A program made the position numbers and the translations under genes. Below are positions 16,663-28,534 of a DNA stretch of 64,000 nucleotides, one piece after another (the first letter of the stretch is position 1; each line of letters starts with the position of its first letter). Origin of the DNA: Escherichia coli (GTDB lineage: Bacteria; Pseudomonadota; Gammaproteobacteria; Enterobacterales; Enterobacteriaceae); the NCBI RefSeq assembly GCF_024223415.1, contig NZ_CP100500.1; one strand, 5' to 3'. Below the pieces are notes generated by a model. The model searched no databases. It had not been told where the DNA came from and was given only the letters and a program-made list of their open reading frames with translations.

Positions 16663-19216
16663 ACCGGTAGGCGATCTGGTCGTTGATTTAAGTCTGGATG
16701 CGGCCAGGTTTGACGAGCAGATGGCCAGAGTCAGGCGTCATTTTTCCGGTACGGAAAGTGATGCGAAAAAAACAGCGGCAGTCGTTGAACAGTCAATGAA
16801 CCGGCAGGCGCTGGCTGCACAGAAAGCGGGGATTTCCGTCGGACAGTATAAAGCCGCCATGCGTATGCTGCCTGCACAGTTCACCGACGTGGCCACACAG
16901 CTTGCAGGCGGGCAGAGTCCGTGGCTGATCCTGCTGCAACAGGGTGGTCAGGTGAAGGACTCCTTCGGCGGGATGATCCCCATGTTCAGGGGGCTTGCCG
17001 GTGCGATCACCCTGCCGATGGTCGGGGCCACCTCGCTGGCGGTGGCGACCGGTGCGCTGGCGTATGCCTGGTATCAGGGCAACTCAACCCTGTCCGATTT
17101 CAACAAAACGCTGGTCCTTTCCGGCAATCAGGCGGGACTGACGGCAGATCGTATGCTGGTCCTGTCCAGAGCCGGGCAGGCGGCAGGGCTGACGTTTAAC
17201 CAGACCAGCGAGTCACTCAGCGCACTGGTTAAGGCGGGGGTAAGCGGTGAGGCTCAGATTGCGTCCATCAGCCAGAGTGTGGCGCGTTTCTCCTCTGCAT
17301 CCGGCGTGGAGGTGGACAAGGTCGCTGAAGCCTTCGGGAAGCTGACCACAGACCCGACGTCGGGGCTGACGGCGATGGCGCGCCAGTTCCATAACGTGAC
17401 GGCGGAGCAGATTGCGTATGTTGCTCAGTTGCAGCGTTCCGGCGATGAGGCAGGGGCATTGCAGGCGGCGAACGAGGCCGCAACGAAAGGGTTTGATGAC
17501 CAGACCCGCCGCCTGAAAGAGAACATGGGCACGCTGGAAACCTGGGCAGACAGGACAGCACGGGCATTCAAATCCATGTGGGATGCGGTGCTGGATACTG
17601 GTCGTCCTGATACCGCGCAGGAGATGCTGATTAAGGCAGAGGCCGCGTTTAAGAAAGCGGACGATATCTGGAATCTGCGCAAGGATGATTATTTTGTTAA
17701 CGATGAAGCGCGGGCGCGTTACTGGGATGATCGTGAAAAGGCCCGTCTTGCGCTTGAAGCCGCCCGAAAGAAGGCTGAGCAGCAGAGTCAACAGGACAAA
17801 AATGCGCAGCAGCAGAGCGATACCGAAGCGTCACGGCTGAAATATACCGAAGAGGCGCAGAAGGCTTACGAACGCCTGCAGACACCGCTGGAGAAATATA
17901 CCGCCCGTCAGGAAGAACTGAACAAGGCACTGAAAGACGGAAAAATCCTGCAGGCAGATTACAACACGCTGATGGCGGCGGCGAAAAAGGATTATGAAGC
18001 GACGCTGAAAAAGCCGAAACAGTCCGGCGTGAAGGTGTCTGCGGGCGATCGTCAGGAAGACAGTGCTCATGCCGCCCTGCTGACGCTTCAGGCAGAACTC
18101 CGGACGCTGGAGAAGCATGCCGGAGCAAATGAGAAAATCAGCCAGCAGCGCCGGGATTTGTGGAAGGCGGAGAGTCAGTTCGCGGTACTGGAGGAGGCGG
18201 CGCAACGTCGCCAGCTGTCTGCACAGGAGAAATCCCTGCTGGCGCATAAAGATGAGACGCTGGAGTACAAACGCCAGCTGGCTGCACTTGGCGACAAGGT
18301 TACGTATCAGGAGCGCCTGAACGCGCTGGCGCAGCAGGCGGATAAATTCGCACAGCAGCAACGGGCAAAACGGGCCGCCATTGATGCGAAAAGCCGGGGG
18401 CTGACTGACCGGCAGACAGAACGGGAAGCCACGGAACAGCGCCTGAAGGAACAGTATGGCGATAATCCGCTGGCGCTGAATAACGTCATGTCAGAGCAGA
18501 AAAAGACCTGGGCGGCTGAAGACCAGCTTCGCGGGAACTGGATGGCAGGCCTGAAGTCCGGCTGGAGTGAGTGGGAAGAGAGCGCCACGGACAGTATGTC
18601 GCAGGTAAAAAGTGCAGCCACGCAGACCTTTGATGGAATTGCACAGAATATGGCGGCGATGCTGACCGGCAGTGAGCAGAACTGGCGCAGCTTCACCCGT
18701 TCCGTGCTGTCCATGATGACAGAAATTCTGCTTAAGCAGGCAATGGTGGGGATTGTCGGGAGTATCGGCAGCGTCATTGGCGGTGCTGCCGGTGGTGGCG
18801 CATCAGTGTCAGGCGGTACAGCCATTCAGGCTGCTGCGGCAAAATTCCATTTTGCGACCGGGGGATTTACGGGAACCGGCGGCAAATATGAGCCAGCGGG
18901 GATTGTTCACCGTGGTGAGTTTGTCTTCACGAAGGAGGCAACCAGCCGGATTGGCGTGGGAAATCTCTACCGGCTGATGCGCGGCTATGCCACTGGTGGT
19001 TATGTCGGTGGCACCGGAAGTCCGGCACAAATGCGGCGTTCAGAGGGTATCAGGTTTGAGCAGAACAACAACGTGGTGATTCAGAACGACGGTACGAATG
19101 GTCTGCCAGGTCCACAGATGCTGAAGGCGGTGTATGACATGGCCCGCAAGGGTGCCCGTGATGAAATTCAGACACAGATGCGTGATGGTGGTCTGTTCTC
19201 CGGAGGTGGACGATGA
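16655..19216 (+). CDS. H: Tail tape measure protein H
   Basis: 853 aa, the same length as lambda H; coiled-coil-rich with a Gly-rich C-terminal region. Confidence 0.9.
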   Translation: MAEPVGDLVVDLSLDAARFDEQMARVRRHFSGTESDAKKTAAVVEQSMNRQALAAQKAGISVGQYKAAMRMLPAQFTDVATQLAGGQSPWLILLQQGGQVKDSFGGMIPMFRGLAGAITLPMVGATSLAVATGALAYAWYQGNSTLSDFNKTLVLSGNQAGLTADRMLVLSRAGQAAGLTFNQTSESLSALVKAGVSGEAQIASISQSVARFSSASGVEVDKVAEAFGKLTTDPTSGLTAMARQFHNVTAEQIAYVAQLQRSGDEAGALQAANEAATKGFDDQTRRLKENMGTLETWADRTARAFKSMWDAVLDTGRPDTAQEMLIKAEAAFKKADDIWNLRKDDYFVNDEARARYWDDREKARLALEAARKKAEQQSQQDKNAQQQSDTEASRLKYTEEAQKAYERLQTPLEKYTARQEELNKALKDGKILQADYNTLMAAAKKDYEATLKKPKQSGVKVSAGDRQEDSAHAALLTLQAELRTLEKHAGANEKISQQRRDLWKAESQFAVLEEAAQRRQLSAQEKSLLAHKDETLEYKRQLAALGDKVTYQERLNALAQQADKFAQQQRAKRAAIDAKSRGLTDRQTEREATEQRLKEQYGDNPLALNNVMSEQKKTWAAEDQLRGNWMAGLKSGWSEWEESATDSMSQVKSAATQTFDGIAQNMAAMLTGSEQNWRSFTRSVLSMMTEILLKQAMVGIVGSIGSVIGGAAGGGASVSGGTAIQAAAAKFHFATGGFTGTGGKYEPAGIVHRGEFVFTKEATSRIGVGNLYRLMRGYATGGYVGGTGSPAQMRRSEGIRFEQNNNVVIQNDGTNGLPGPQMLKAVYDMARKGARDEIQTQMRDGGLFSGGGR

Positions 19217-19542
19217 AAACCTTCCGCTGGAAAGTGAAACCCGGTATGGATGTGGCTTCGGTCCCTTCTGTAAGAAAGGTGCGCTTTGGTGATGGCTATT
19301 CCCAGCGAGCGCCTGCCGGGCTGAATGCCAACCTGAAAACGTACAGCGTGACGCTTTCTGTCCCCCGTGAGGAGGCCACGGTACTGGAGTCGTTTCTGGA
19401 AGAGCACGGGGGCTGGAAATCCTTTCTGTGGACGCCGCCTTATGAGTGGCGGCAGATAAAGGTGACCTGCGCAAAATGGTCGTCGCGGGTCAGTATGCTG
19501 CGTGTTGAGTTCAGCGCAGAGTTTGAACAGGTGGTGAACTGA
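19213..19542 (+). CDS. M: Minor tail protein M
   Basis: 109 aa, lambda M size and position. Confidence 0.9.
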   Translation: MKTFRWKVKPGMDVASVPSVRKVRFGDGYSQRAPAGLNANLKTYSVTLSVPREEATVLESFLEEHGGWKSFLWTPPYEWRQIKVTCAKWSSRVSMLRVEFSAEFEQVVN

Positions 19543-20240
19543 TGCAGGATATCCGGCAGGAAACACTGAATGAATGCACCCGTGCGGAGCAGTCGGCCAG
19601 CGTGGTGCTCTGGGAAATCGATCTGACAGAGGTCGGTGGAGAACGTTATTTTTTCTGTAATGAGCAGAACGAAAAAGGTGAGCCGGTCACCTGGCAGGGG
19701 CGACAGTATCAGCCGTATCCCATTCAGGGGAGTGGTTTTGAACTGAATGGCAAAGGCACCAGTACGCGCCCCACGCTGACGGTTTCTAACCTGTACGGTA
19801 TGGTCACCGGTATGGTGGAAGATATGCAGAGTCTGGTCGGCGGAACGGTGGTCCGGCGTAAAGTTTATGCCCGTTTTCTGGATGCGGTGAACTTCGTCAA
19901 CGGAAACAGTGACGCCGATCCGGAGCAGGAGGTTATCAGCCGCTGGCGCATCGAGCAGTGCAGTGATTTGACAGCGGTCAGCGCGACCTTTGTACTGGCC
20001 ACGCCGACGGAAACGGACGGCGCTGTTTTTCCGGGACGTATCATGCTGGCCAACACCTGCACCTGGACCTATCGCGGCGATGAGTGCGGTTATAGCGGTC
20101 CGGCTGTCGCGGATGAATATGACCAGCCAACGTCCGATATCACGAAGGATAAATGCAGCAAATGCCTGAGTGGCTGTAAGTTCCGCAATAACGTCGGCAA
20201 CTTTGGCGGTTTTCTTTCCATTCACAAACTTTCGCAGTAA
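19542..20240 (+). CDS. L: Minor tail protein L
   Basis: 232 aa, lambda L size; C-terminal Cys cluster. Confidence 0.9.
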   Translation: MQDIRQETLNECTRAEQSASVVLWEIDLTEVGGERYFFCNEQNEKGEPVTWQGRQYQPYPIQGSGFELNGKGTSTRPTLTVSNLYGMVTGMVEDMQSLVGGTVVRRKVYARFLDAVNFVNGNSDADPEQEVISRWRIEQCSDLTAVSATFVLATPTETDGAVFPGRIMLANTCTWTYRGDECGYSGPAVADEYDQPTSDITKDKCSKCLSGCKFRNNVGNFGGFLSIHKLSQ

Positions 20241-20244
20241 TTCC

Positions 20245-20988
20245 ATGACAGAGACAGAATCAGCGATTCTGGCGCACGCCCGGCGATGTGCGCCAGCGGA
20301 GTCGTGCGGCTTCGTGGTGAGAGCGCCGGAGGGGGAAAGATATTTCCCCTGCGTGAATATCTCCGGTGAGCCGGAGGCGTATTTCCGGATGTCGCCGGAG
20401 GACTGGCTGCAGGCAGAGATGCAGGGTGAGATTGTGGCGCTGGTCCACAGTCACCCCGGTGGTCTGCCCTGGCTGAGTGAGGCCGACCGGCGGCTGCAGG
20501 TGCAGAGTGATTTGCCGTGGTGGCTGGTCTGCCGGGGGGCGATTCACAAGTTCCGCTGTGTGCCGCATCTCACCGGGCGGTGCTTTGAGCACGGGGTGAC
20601 GGACTGTTACACGCTGTTCCGGGATGCTTACCATCTGGCGGGAATTGAGATGCCGGATTTTCATCGCGGGGATGACTGGTGGCGTAACGGTCAGAATCTC
20701 TATCTTGACAATATGGAGGCGACTGGTTTTTACCGTGTCGCACTGACAGAGGCGCAGCCCGGCGACGTGCTGCTGTGCTGTTTTGGTTCATCGGTGCCGA
20801 ATCATGCCGCCATTTACTGCGGCGACGGCGGGCTGCTGCACCATATTCCTGAACAACTGAGCAAACGAGAGAGGTATACCGACAAATGGCAGCGACGCAC
20901 ACACTCCCTCTGGCGTCACCGGGCATGGCACGCATCTGCCTTTACGGGGATTTGCAACGATTTGGCCGCCGCATCGACCTTCGTGTGA
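20245..20988 (+). CDS. K: Tail assembly protein K (NlpC/P60 plus JAB-like domains)
   Basis: MTETESAILAHARRCAPAESCGFVV... matches lambda K as recalled. Confidence 0.9.
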   Translation: MTETESAILAHARRCAPAESCGFVVRAPEGERYFPCVNISGEPEAYFRMSPEDWLQAEMQGEIVALVHSHPGGLPWLSEADRRLQVQSDLPWWLVCRGAIHKFRCVPHLTGRCFEHGVTDCYTLFRDAYHLAGIEMPDFHRGDDWWRNGQNLYLDNMEATGFYRVALTEAQPGDVLLCCFGSSVPNHAAIYCGDGGLLHHIPEQLSKRERYTDKWQRRTHSLWRHRAWHASAFTGICNDLAAASTFV

Positions 20989-21533
20989 AAACGGGAGCCG
21001 AAGCCATCCGGGCGCTGGCCACGCAGCTCCCTGCGTTTCGTCAGAAACTGAGCGACGGCTGGTATCAGGTGCGTATTGCCGGGCGTGATACAGGCGAAAA
21101 CGAATTATCAGCCCGTCTTAATGAACCGCTGGCAAATGGTGCCGTGATCCACATCGTGCCGCGTCTGGCGGGAGCCAAACGTGGTGGTGTGTTTCAGGCA
21201 GTGCTGGGCGCGGCGCTGATTGCGGTGGCATGGTGGAACCCTGCAGGCTGGCTGGGGGCTGCGGCTTTATCGGGCATGTATGCGGCAGGGGCCAGTATGG
21301 TGCTCGGTGGTGTGGCGCAGATGCTGGCACCGAAAGCCAAAACCCCCCGCACACAGACAACGGATAACGGCAAACAGAACACCTATTTTTCTTCACTGGA
21401 TAACATGGTTGCCCAGGGGAATGCTCTGCCCGTTCTGTACGGTGAAATGCGCGTGGGGTCACGGGTAATTTCGCAGGAGATCAGCACAGCGGATGAGGGG
21501 GATGGCGTCCGGGTTGTGGTGATTGGTCGCTGA
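20886..21533 (+). CDS. I: Tail assembly protein I
   Basis: MAATHTLPLASPGMARICLYGDLQRFGRR... lambda I-like; overlaps the K 3' end. Confidence 0.85.
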   Translation: MAATHTLPLASPGMARICLYGDLQRFGRRIDLRVKTGAEAIRALATQLPAFRQKLSDGWYQVRIAGRDTGENELSARLNEPLANGAVIHIVPRLAGAKRGGVFQAVLGAALIAVAWWNPAGWLGAAALSGMYAAGASMVLGGVAQMLAPKAKTPRTQTTDNGKQNTYFSSLDNMVAQGNALPVLYGEMRVGSRVISQEISTADEGDGVRVVVIGR

Positions 21534-21593
21534 TGAAAAACGTTTTATGTGAAACCGCCTCCGGGCGGTTTTGTCGTTTATGGAGCGTGAGGA

Positions 21594-24500
21594 ATGGGTA
21601 AAGGCAGCAGTAAGGGGCATACCCCGCGCGAAGCGAAGGACAACCTGAAGTCCACGCAGTTGCTGAGTGTGATCGATGTCATCAGCGAAGGGCCGATACA
21701 AGGACCGGTGGATGGATTAAAAAGCGTGCTGCTGAACGGTACGCCGGTGCTGGACAGTGAGGGGAATACCAATATATCCGGCGTCACGGTGGTATTCCGG
21801 GCCGGTGAGCAGGAGCAGACGCCGCCGGAGGGATTTGAATCCTCCGGCTCCGAGACGGTGCTGGGTACGGAAGTGAAGTACGACACGCCGATTACCCGGA
21901 CCATCACGTCGGCAAACATCGACCGTCTGCGCCTGACCTTCGGTGTGCAGGCACTGGTGGAAACCACCTCAAAGGGGGACCGGAATCCGTCGGAAGTCCG
22001 CCTGCTGGTTCAGATACAGCGTAACGGTCGCTGGTTAACGGAAAAAGACATCACCATTAAGGGCAAAACCACTTCACAGTATCTGGCTTCGGTGGTGGTG
22101 GATAACCTGCCGCCGCGCCCGTTCAGTATCCGGATGCGCAGGATGACACCGGACAGCACCACAGACCAGCTGCAGAACAAAACGCTCTGGTCGTCATACA
22201 CCGAAATCATCGATGTGAAACAGTGCTACCCGAACACGGCACTGGTCGGTGTGCAGGTGGATTCGGAGGAGTTCGGCAGCCAGCAGGTGAGCCGTAATTA
22301 TCATTTTCGCGGGCGCATTCTGCAGGTGCCGTCGAACTATAACCCGCAGACGCGGCAATACAGCGGTATCTGGGACGGAACGTTTAAACCGGCATACAGC
22401 GATAACCCGGCCTGGTGTCTGTGGGATATGCTGACCCACCCGCGCTACGGCATGGGGAAACGTGTTGGCGCAGCGGATGTGGACAAATGGGCGCTGTATG
22501 TCATCGGCCAGTACTGCGACCAGTCGGTGCCGGACGGCTCTGGTGGCACGGAGCCGCGCATCACCTGTAATGCCTGGCTGACCAGGCAGCGTAAGGCGTG
22601 GGATGTGCTCAGTGATTTCTGCTCGGCGATGCGCTGTATGCCGGTATGGAACGGGCAGACGCTGACGTTCGTGCAGGACCGACCGTCGGATAAGGTGTGG
22701 ACCTATAACCGCAGTAATGTGGTGATGCCGGATGATGGCGCGCCGTTCCGCTACAGCTTCAGCGCCCTGAAGGACCGCCATAATGCCGTTGAGGTGAACT
22801 GGAGTGACCCGGATAACGGCCAGGAGACGGCGACAGAGCTTGTGGAGGACACGCAGGCCATTGCCCGTTACGGTCGTAACGTCACGAAGATGGATGCCTT
22901 TGGCTGTACCAGCCGGGGGCAGGCACACCGCGCCGGGCTGTGGCTGATTAAAACGGAGCTGCTGGAAACGCAGACCGTGGACTTCAGCGTGGGTGCCGAA
23001 GGGCTTCGCCATGTGCCGGGCGATGTCATTGAAATCTGTGATGATGACTATGCCGGTATCAGCACCGGTGGGCGCGTGCTGGCGGTGAACAGCCAGACCC
23101 GGACGCTGACGCTCGATCGTGAAATCACGCTGCCATCCTCCGGTACCACGCTGATAAGCCTGGTTGACGGAAGTGGCAATCCGGTCAGCGTGGAGGTTCA
23201 GTCCGTCACTGACGGCGTGAAGGTGAAAGTGAGCAGTGTTCCTGACGGCGTTGCTGAATACAGCGTGTGGGGGCTGAAGCTGCCGACGCTGCGCCAGCGC
23301 CTGTTCCGCTGCGTGAGTATCCGTGAGAACGACGACGGCACGTATGCCATCACTGCCGTGCAGCATGTACCGGAAAAAGAGGCCATCGTGGATAACGGGG
23401 CGCACTTTGACGGCGACCAGAGCGGAACGGTGAATGGTGTCACGCCGCCAGCGGTGCAGCACCTGACCGCAGAAGTCACCGCAGACAGCGGGGAATATCA
23501 GGTGCTGGCGCGCTGGGACACGCCGAAGGTGGTGAAGGGCGTGAGCTTCCTGCTTCGCCTGACCGTGGCAGCGGATGACGGCAGTGAGCGGCTGGTCAGC
23601 ACGGCCCGGACGACGGAAACCACATACCGCTTCAGGCAACTGGCGCTGGGGCGTTACACGCTGACGGTCCGGGCGGTAAATGCCCGGGGGCAGCAGGGAG
23701 ACCCGGCGTCGGTATCGTTCCGGATTGCCGCACCGGCAGCGCCGTCGCGGATTGAGCTGACGCCGGGCTATTTTCAGATAACCGCCACGCCGCATCTTGC
23801 GGTTTACGATCCGACGGTACAGTTTGAGTTCTGGTTTTCGGAAAAGCGGATTACCGATATCAGGCAGGTTGAAACCACAGCCCGTTATCTTGGTACCGGA
23901 AGGCAGTGGCTTGTCTCCGGCCAGAATATTAAACCTGGCCATGATTATTACTTTTATATCCGCAGTGTTAACACTGTCGGTAAATCGGCATTCGTGGAGG
24001 CAGTCGGTCGGGCGAGTAATGATCCTGCCGGTTACCTTAATTTTTTCAGGGGGGCGATAAATAAAACGCATCTGGGACGGGAGATCAATGAACGCATTGA
24101 TGCCTCTGCACGGCGCACTGAAGTTGAGCAACTGGAGAATGCGATTAACCGCGAAATGACGCAGCTGGAGAAAGATGTGAGGCAGCGTGCGGAGCGTGAT
24201 ATCGCAGAGGTGACGAAAAAAATCACGGCGTCTGAAAACAGCATAACGGAACTGGTGGCGAAAAAGAGCGGTGAACAGTCAATGGCCATTGCGGAAGTTG
24301 ACAGAAAAGTTGACAGGATGGGAAGCGAAATCCGGCAGACAGTAAGCAGGAGCACGGAGGAGAACAGCCGACAGATAGCGCAGATCAGACAGTATGTTGA
24401 TGATAAGGGAAGTCAGATCACACAGAGCACGGATAAAAAACTGGGATCCTGGAATGCCAGCATTGAGCAGATACAGAAAGTTCAGGAGGACACGCGCCGG

Positions 24501-25325
24501 AACCTGAACAGCATGTGGGCTGTGAAGCTGCAGCAGACACGGGATGGACGTCTCTATATTGCAGGTATTGGTGCCGGAATCGAAAATACGTCTGACGGAA
24601 TTCAGAGTCAGATCCTGATGCAGGCAGATCGTATTGCGATGATTAACCCGGAAAATGGCAATACAACACCTTTGTTTGTAGCTCAGGGTGATCAGCTGTT
24701 CATGAATGATGTTTTCATGAAGCGACTGTTTGCGGTGAGTATCACCTCATCCGGCAATCCCCCGGCATTTTCCCTGACACCGGACGGGCGTCTGACGGCG
24801 AAAAATGTCGATATCAGTGGTAACGTGAATGCGAATTCGGGCTCGCTCAACAACGTCACGATTAACGAGAACTGTCGGGTTCTGGGAAAACTGTCTGCAA
24901 ACCAGATTGAAGGCGATCTCGTTAAAACAGTGGGTAAGGCTTTCCCCCGTGACTCCCGTGCACCGGAGACGTGGCCATCAGGGACCATTACCGTCAGGGT
25001 TTATGACGATCAGCCGTTTGACCGGCAAATTGTTATTCCAGCGGTGGCTTTCAGGGGGGCCAGACATCCGCGGAAGGATAAGGAGCCTTATTCGTCATGC
25101 CGCCTGATAGTGAAGAAAAACGGGGCTGAAATTTATAACCGAACGGCTCTGGATAATACGCTGATATACACGGGTGTTATTGATATGCCTGCAGGCAGTG
25201 GCGTAATGACACTGGAGTTTTCGGTATCAGCATGGTGGGTAAATGGCTGGTATCCCTCAGCAAGTATCAGCGATTTGCTGGTTGTTGTGATGAAGAAAGC
25301 CACTGCAGGCATCACGATTAGCTGA
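21594..25325 (+). CDS. J: Central tail fibre / host specificity protein J
   Basis: 1243 aa with conserved J N-terminal domains; C-terminal ~350 aa is the receptor-binding region. Confidence 0.9.
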   Translation: MGKGSSKGHTPREAKDNLKSTQLLSVIDVISEGPIQGPVDGLKSVLLNGTPVLDSEGNTNISGVTVVFRAGEQEQTPPEGFESSGSETVLGTEVKYDTPITRTITSANIDRLRLTFGVQALVETTSKGDRNPSEVRLLVQIQRNGRWLTEKDITIKGKTTSQYLASVVVDNLPPRPFSIRMRRMTPDSTTDQLQNKTLWSSYTEIIDVKQCYPNTALVGVQVDSEEFGSQQVSRNYHFRGRILQVPSNYNPQTRQYSGIWDGTFKPAYSDNPAWCLWDMLTHPRYGMGKRVGAADVDKWALYVIGQYCDQSVPDGSGGTEPRITCNAWLTRQRKAWDVLSDFCSAMRCMPVWNGQTLTFVQDRPSDKVWTYNRSNVVMPDDGAPFRYSFSALKDRHNAVEVNWSDPDNGQETATELVEDTQAIARYGRNVTKMDAFGCTSRGQAHRAGLWLIKTELLETQTVDFSVGAEGLRHVPGDVIEICDDDYAGISTGGRVLAVNSQTRTLTLDREITLPSSGTTLISLVDGSGNPVSVEVQSVTDGVKVKVSSVPDGVAEYSVWGLKLPTLRQRLFRCVSIRENDDGTYAITAVQHVPEKEAIVDNGAHFDGDQSGTVNGVTPPAVQHLTAEVTADSGEYQVLARWDTPKVVKGVSFLLRLTVAADDGSERLVSTARTTETTYRFRQLALGRYTLTVRAVNARGQQGDPASVSFRIAAPAAPSRIELTPGYFQITATPHLAVYDPTVQFEFWFSEKRITDIRQVETTARYLGTGRQWLVSGQNIKPGHDYYFYIRSVNTVGKSAFVEAVGRASNDPAGYLNFFRGAINKTHLGREINERIDASARRTEVEQLENAINREMTQLEKDVRQRAERDIAEVTKKITASENSITELVAKKSGEQSMAIAEVDRKVDRMGSEIRQTVSRSTEENSRQIAQIRQYVDDKGSQITQSTDKKLGSWNASIEQIQKVQEDTRRNLNSMWAVKLQQTRDGRLYIAGIGAGIENTSDGIQSQILMQADRIAMINPENGNTTPLFVAQGDQLFMNDVFMKRLFAVSITSSGNPPAFSLTPDGRLTAKNVDISGNVNANSGSLNNVTINENCRVLGKLSANQIEGDLVKTVGKAFPRDSRAPETWPSGTITVRVYDDQPFDRQIVIPAVAFRGARHPRKDKEPYSSCRLIVKKNGAEIYNRTALDNTLIYTGVIDMPAGSGVMTLEFSVSAWWVNGWYPSASISDLLVVVMKKATAGITIS

Positions 25326-25343
25326 ATTTTATAACCCAGATAC

Positions 25344-25368
25344 GGGCGCCAGAAATGGCGCCTTTTTT
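25344..25368 (+). terminator. Rho-independent terminator after J
   Basis: ggcgcc-agaaat-ggcgcc followed by TTTTTT. Confidence 0.6.
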
Positions 25369-25383
25369 ATTTGTGGAGCGAGT

Positions 25384-27198
25384 ATGGCGGCTGTAAAAAT
25401 TTCAGGCGTGCTGAGGGACGGAACCGGAAAACCGGTACCGGGATGCATTATTGAGCTGAAAGCGAAGAGAACCAGCGAGACAGTCATCGCCACGACAGTG
25501 GCTTATGGCATGCCGGAAGAGACGGGGAGTTACAGTATGGATGTGGAGCCAGGAATATACAGGGTGACACTCAATACAGAAGGTTACCGTCCTTCGTATG
25601 TGGGAGATATCGTGGTCAGGGAGGATTCTTCACCGGGAACACTGAATAAATTTCTGATGGAGATGGAAGATGCTCCTTATTATCCGAAGGCGTTGTCAGA
25701 GCTGGAGGCTGTGGTGCAGTCCATACTGCACAGAGCAGAGTCCGCGGCATCTGAGGCGGAGGAAGCCCGGAAACGAGCTGCATCTGCCCGGGGACCACGA
25801 GGAGAGAAAGGGGATACTGGTGCTCGTGGTGAAAGAGGCATTACCGGGCCACAGGGGCCAAAAGGTGAAACAGGAGCACGTGGCCCGGCAGGACCACAGG
25901 GACCAAAAGGTGAAACAGGTGAACGCGGTCCGGCAGGTCCACAGGGACTAAAGGGCGATACAGGTGAACGCGGCCCGGCAGGTCCACAGGGACCAAAGGG
26001 TGAAACAGGTGCACGCGGCCCGGCAGGTCCACAGGGAGCAAAGGGCGAAACAGGTGAACGCGGCCCGGCAGGTCCACAGGGAGCAAAGGGCGAAACAGGT
26101 GCACGTGGTCCGGAAGGCCCTCAGGGTCTGAAGGGAGAAAAGGGTGAGCGAGGAGAAAAAGGCCCTAAGGGGGATAAAGGAGATCCGGGAGGTCCACAGG
26201 GACCAAAGGGGGATACAGGTGAACGCGGCCCGGCAGGTCCACAGGGATCAAAGGGCGATACAGGTGAACGTGGCCCGGCAGGTCCTCAGGGACCAAAGGG
26301 GGATACAGGTGAACGTGGCCCGGAAGGTCCACAGGGAGCAAAGGGTGAAACAGGTGAACGCGGCCCGGCAGGACCACAGGGACCAAAAGGTGAAACAGGT
26401 GAACGCGGTCCGACAGGTCCACAGGGAGCAAAAGGTGAAACAGGAGCACGCGGTCCGGCAGGTCCTCAGGGACCAAGAGGAGAGTCAGCCCGTGGACAAC
26501 TGCTGAATGGTGATCTGAACCGACTGGGACGAGTGACCGATCAGGGTGATTATTATCAGCCATCAGACAGTGGGGCTACACGAGAAAATAATTATCCGAT
26601 TCAGAGAGCGGGTTATCTTCAGGTAAGAGTTGGTGCATGGGGATATTGCCAGCATGAATATACAACCTGGAACCCACCACGAAAGTTCGTAAGAACTGTT
26701 ACTGGTAATTTTACCGGTAATGGCCCCTGGTCTGAATGGAAAGAGCTGGGAGCCCAGGGGGAGCGTGGTCCACAGGGACCAAAAGGTGAAACAGGTGCAC
26801 GCGGTCCGGCAGGTCCACAGGGGCCAAGAGGGTATACAGGTGAACGCGGGCAGACAGGTCTACAGGGGCCAAGAGGGTATACAGGTGAACGCGGTCCGGC
26901 AGGTCCACAGGGGCCAAGAGGAGAAGCGGGGCGGCCAGCGAGCGTCGGAAGTGTTTATTCCGTGGGGTCTTATGTTCTGGGGATCATAGAACGAAATCAT
27001 GAGATAACAAATACCCGTCAAATACCCGGGTATCGTATCAGACAGGCCGTTATTGTGTCGTCGTCATCGGATAAACTTACAGATATCCGCTTTTTATTTG
27101 GCAATCCTATGCTTGGTACATGGATGTTATGCACAACTAACATGACGGTGAATAATATCATTGGGACGATTTGGGGCCTGTTTCAGAGAATACGGTGA
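25384..27198 (+). CDS. stf: Side tail fibre protein with collagen-like Gly-X-Y repeats (Stf N-terminus)
   Basis: N-terminus [29 protein letters not shown] resembles lambda Stf; then long runs of [16 protein letters not shown]. Confidence 0.85.
   Translation: MAAVKISGVLRDGTGKPVPGCIIELKAKRTSETVIATTVAYGMPEETGSYSMDVEPGIYRVTLNTEGYRPSYVGDIVVREDSSPGTLNKFLMEMEDAPYYPKALSELEAVVQSILHRAESAASEAEEARKRAASARGPRGEKGDTGARGERGITGPQGPKGETGARGPAGPQGPKGETGERGPAGPQGLKGDTGERGPAGPQGPKGETGARGPAGPQGAKGETGERGPAGPQGAKGETGARGPEGPQGLKGEKGERGEKGPKGDKGDPGGPQGPKGDTGERGPAGPQGSKGDTGERGPAGPQGPKGDTGERGPEGPQGAKGETGERGPAGPQGPKGETGERGPTGPQGAKGETGARGPAGPQGPRGESARGQLLNGDLNRLGRVTDQGDYYQPSDSGATRENNYPIQRAGYLQVRVGAWGYCQHEYTTWNPPRKFVRTVTGNFTGNGPWSEWKELGAQGERGPQGPKGETGARGPAGPQGPRGYTGERGQTGLQGPRGYTGERGPAGPQGPRGEAGRPASVGSVYSVGSYVLGIIERNHEITNTRQIPGYRIRQAVIVSSSSDKLTDIRFLFGNPMLGTWMLCTTNMTVNNIIGTIWGLFQRIR
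25790..26490 (+). repeat. Collagen-like (Gly-X-Y)n coding repeats inside stf; second block at ~26750-26935
   Basis: Tandem 27-bp units encoding [16 protein letters not shown] and variants; these create spurious ORFs in other frames. Confidence 0.85.
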
Positions 27199-27212
27199 CA
27201 GGGGAGAAATGA

Positions 27213-27788
27213 ATGAAGGTCGATAAAATCACGTCACCAGTGTGGGCTGACAGGGGTCATACGACCATAAACTGTATAGTGAAGTTTTCAGACGCGGAAA
27301 CAGAATGTGTATTTACAGCAAGTGCGGATGATCCTGAGTCTTACGGTCGTGAAATATTTGAAGCCTGCATAAGAGGTGATGCAGGGCCGGTAGGTGAGTA
27401 CCGGGCAAATGATGATATGGCTGTGGAAGAAGCACGCAGGATGAAAAACGCGGAGATAAATGCCTGGCGTGATGCGATGGAGGCGTCAGGGTATGTTTTT
27501 GAGCACAGAGGACGGAAATGGGATTATGGAAAGGAAACCATGACACGTCTTGGAATGTCGGCATCAGCGGCCAGAGGCGGTGTGTTGCCGGAAGGATTTT
27601 TCTGGACGGACGCAGAGAATAATGATGTACCGATGACGGCAGATGAACTGATATCCCTGAGTGATGCTGCTGGTAAAGCGATGTTCAGGAAAGGCCTTGA
27701 AATACATATAAGGCAAAGGGAGATGAAAAAGGCAATAGCAGAACTGAGTGACAGTGAAACCATTCTGGCGTACAGGGTTGGATGGTGA
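27213..27788 (+). CDS. Hypothetical protein downstream of stf (possible tail-fibre assembly or accessory protein; not lambda Tfa-like)
   Basis: 191 aa with SD GGGGAG; sits where tfa would be but lacks the Tfa sequence pattern. Confidence 0.6.
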   Translation: MKVDKITSPVWADRGHTTINCIVKFSDAETECVFTASADDPESYGREIFEACIRGDAGPVGEYRANDDMAVEEARRMKNAEINAWRDAMEASGYVFEHRGRKWDYGKETMTRLGMSASAARGGVLPEGFFWTDAENNDVPMTADELISLSDAAGKAMFRKGLEIHIRQREMKKAIAELSDSETILAYRVGW

Positions 27789-28534
27789 AACTGATAAAAA
27801 AACCCCTCTGAAAATTCTGTCAGAGGGGGGCAAGGATCTATATTTATTATGCAGTAATGCTTTCACTCCGGTAATTAATTTCCGTGATTAACTGCTTTCG
27901 ATCAATAAAGGAATTGCAAAAAGGTGATCTTGTTCACGACATCGTGGATGATAATATGCCTGATGTCTGAATCCGGAAACAGTGATCTGGCGGGTTTCAT
28001 GTGAAGTTGACGGATAAAAAAATCCGCACGACCAGACAGACGTGCGGTTTACGAAATTCGTAACAAGAGGCTTTTCTACGGATCACGTGGTGCGTGCCAC
28101 GTGAAATTTTTGTAGCGCAAAATGTGTAATGTGTAAATACAAGGAAGGAAAAAGTTAAATCGGTGGAAGTCCATGCCTGCCACATGTATGTCTGCATTCC
28201 TCGTTTTGAACAGAATTCTCACCAGACATCGTGAATTTCTCATTCAATCATCAGAGATATTAACCAGGATTTTTATTGTTTTGTGATATCAGCAGTGCAG
28301 GTATACAGACATTAAAGTAATCAGGTTTATTATAACCACCTTTACAAAGTTGTATGTGTTTATAATTTAAGGATTTTAATCCCAGTCGTTTTCTGCTGCT
28401 TAAATTGAGGGCGCATATTATACACAATAATATTCCTGGCATTATTAAATTAATAAAAGAGGATTCTTATCACTGTATTTTTGCTCCGCACTACCGTTCT
28501 GGCTGGTGAAGTAATAATACAGGAGAATAACAGA

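Noticed and set aside
17213-18825. Several 170-190-aa minus-strand ORFs
   Set aside because: Antisense within the tape measure gene; GC-rich open frames.
19440-20246. 268-aa minus-strand ORF
   Set aside because: Antisense to tail genes M and L.
22194-24131. 645-aa minus-strand ORF
   Set aside because: Antisense within J; Arg/Pro-rich composition typical of a GC-rich shadow ORF.
25616-26989. Multiple 60-130-aa ORFs on both strands, and a possible CRISPR-like repeat array
   Set aside because: All fall within the collagen-like coding repeats of stf; the repeats are in-frame Gly-X-Y units with no spacer structure.
27803-27828. Hairpin after the stf-associated gene as a plus-strand terminator
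   Set aside because: Stable 9-bp stem, but the T-run is on the opposite side, so it is not a canonical terminator for the tail operon.
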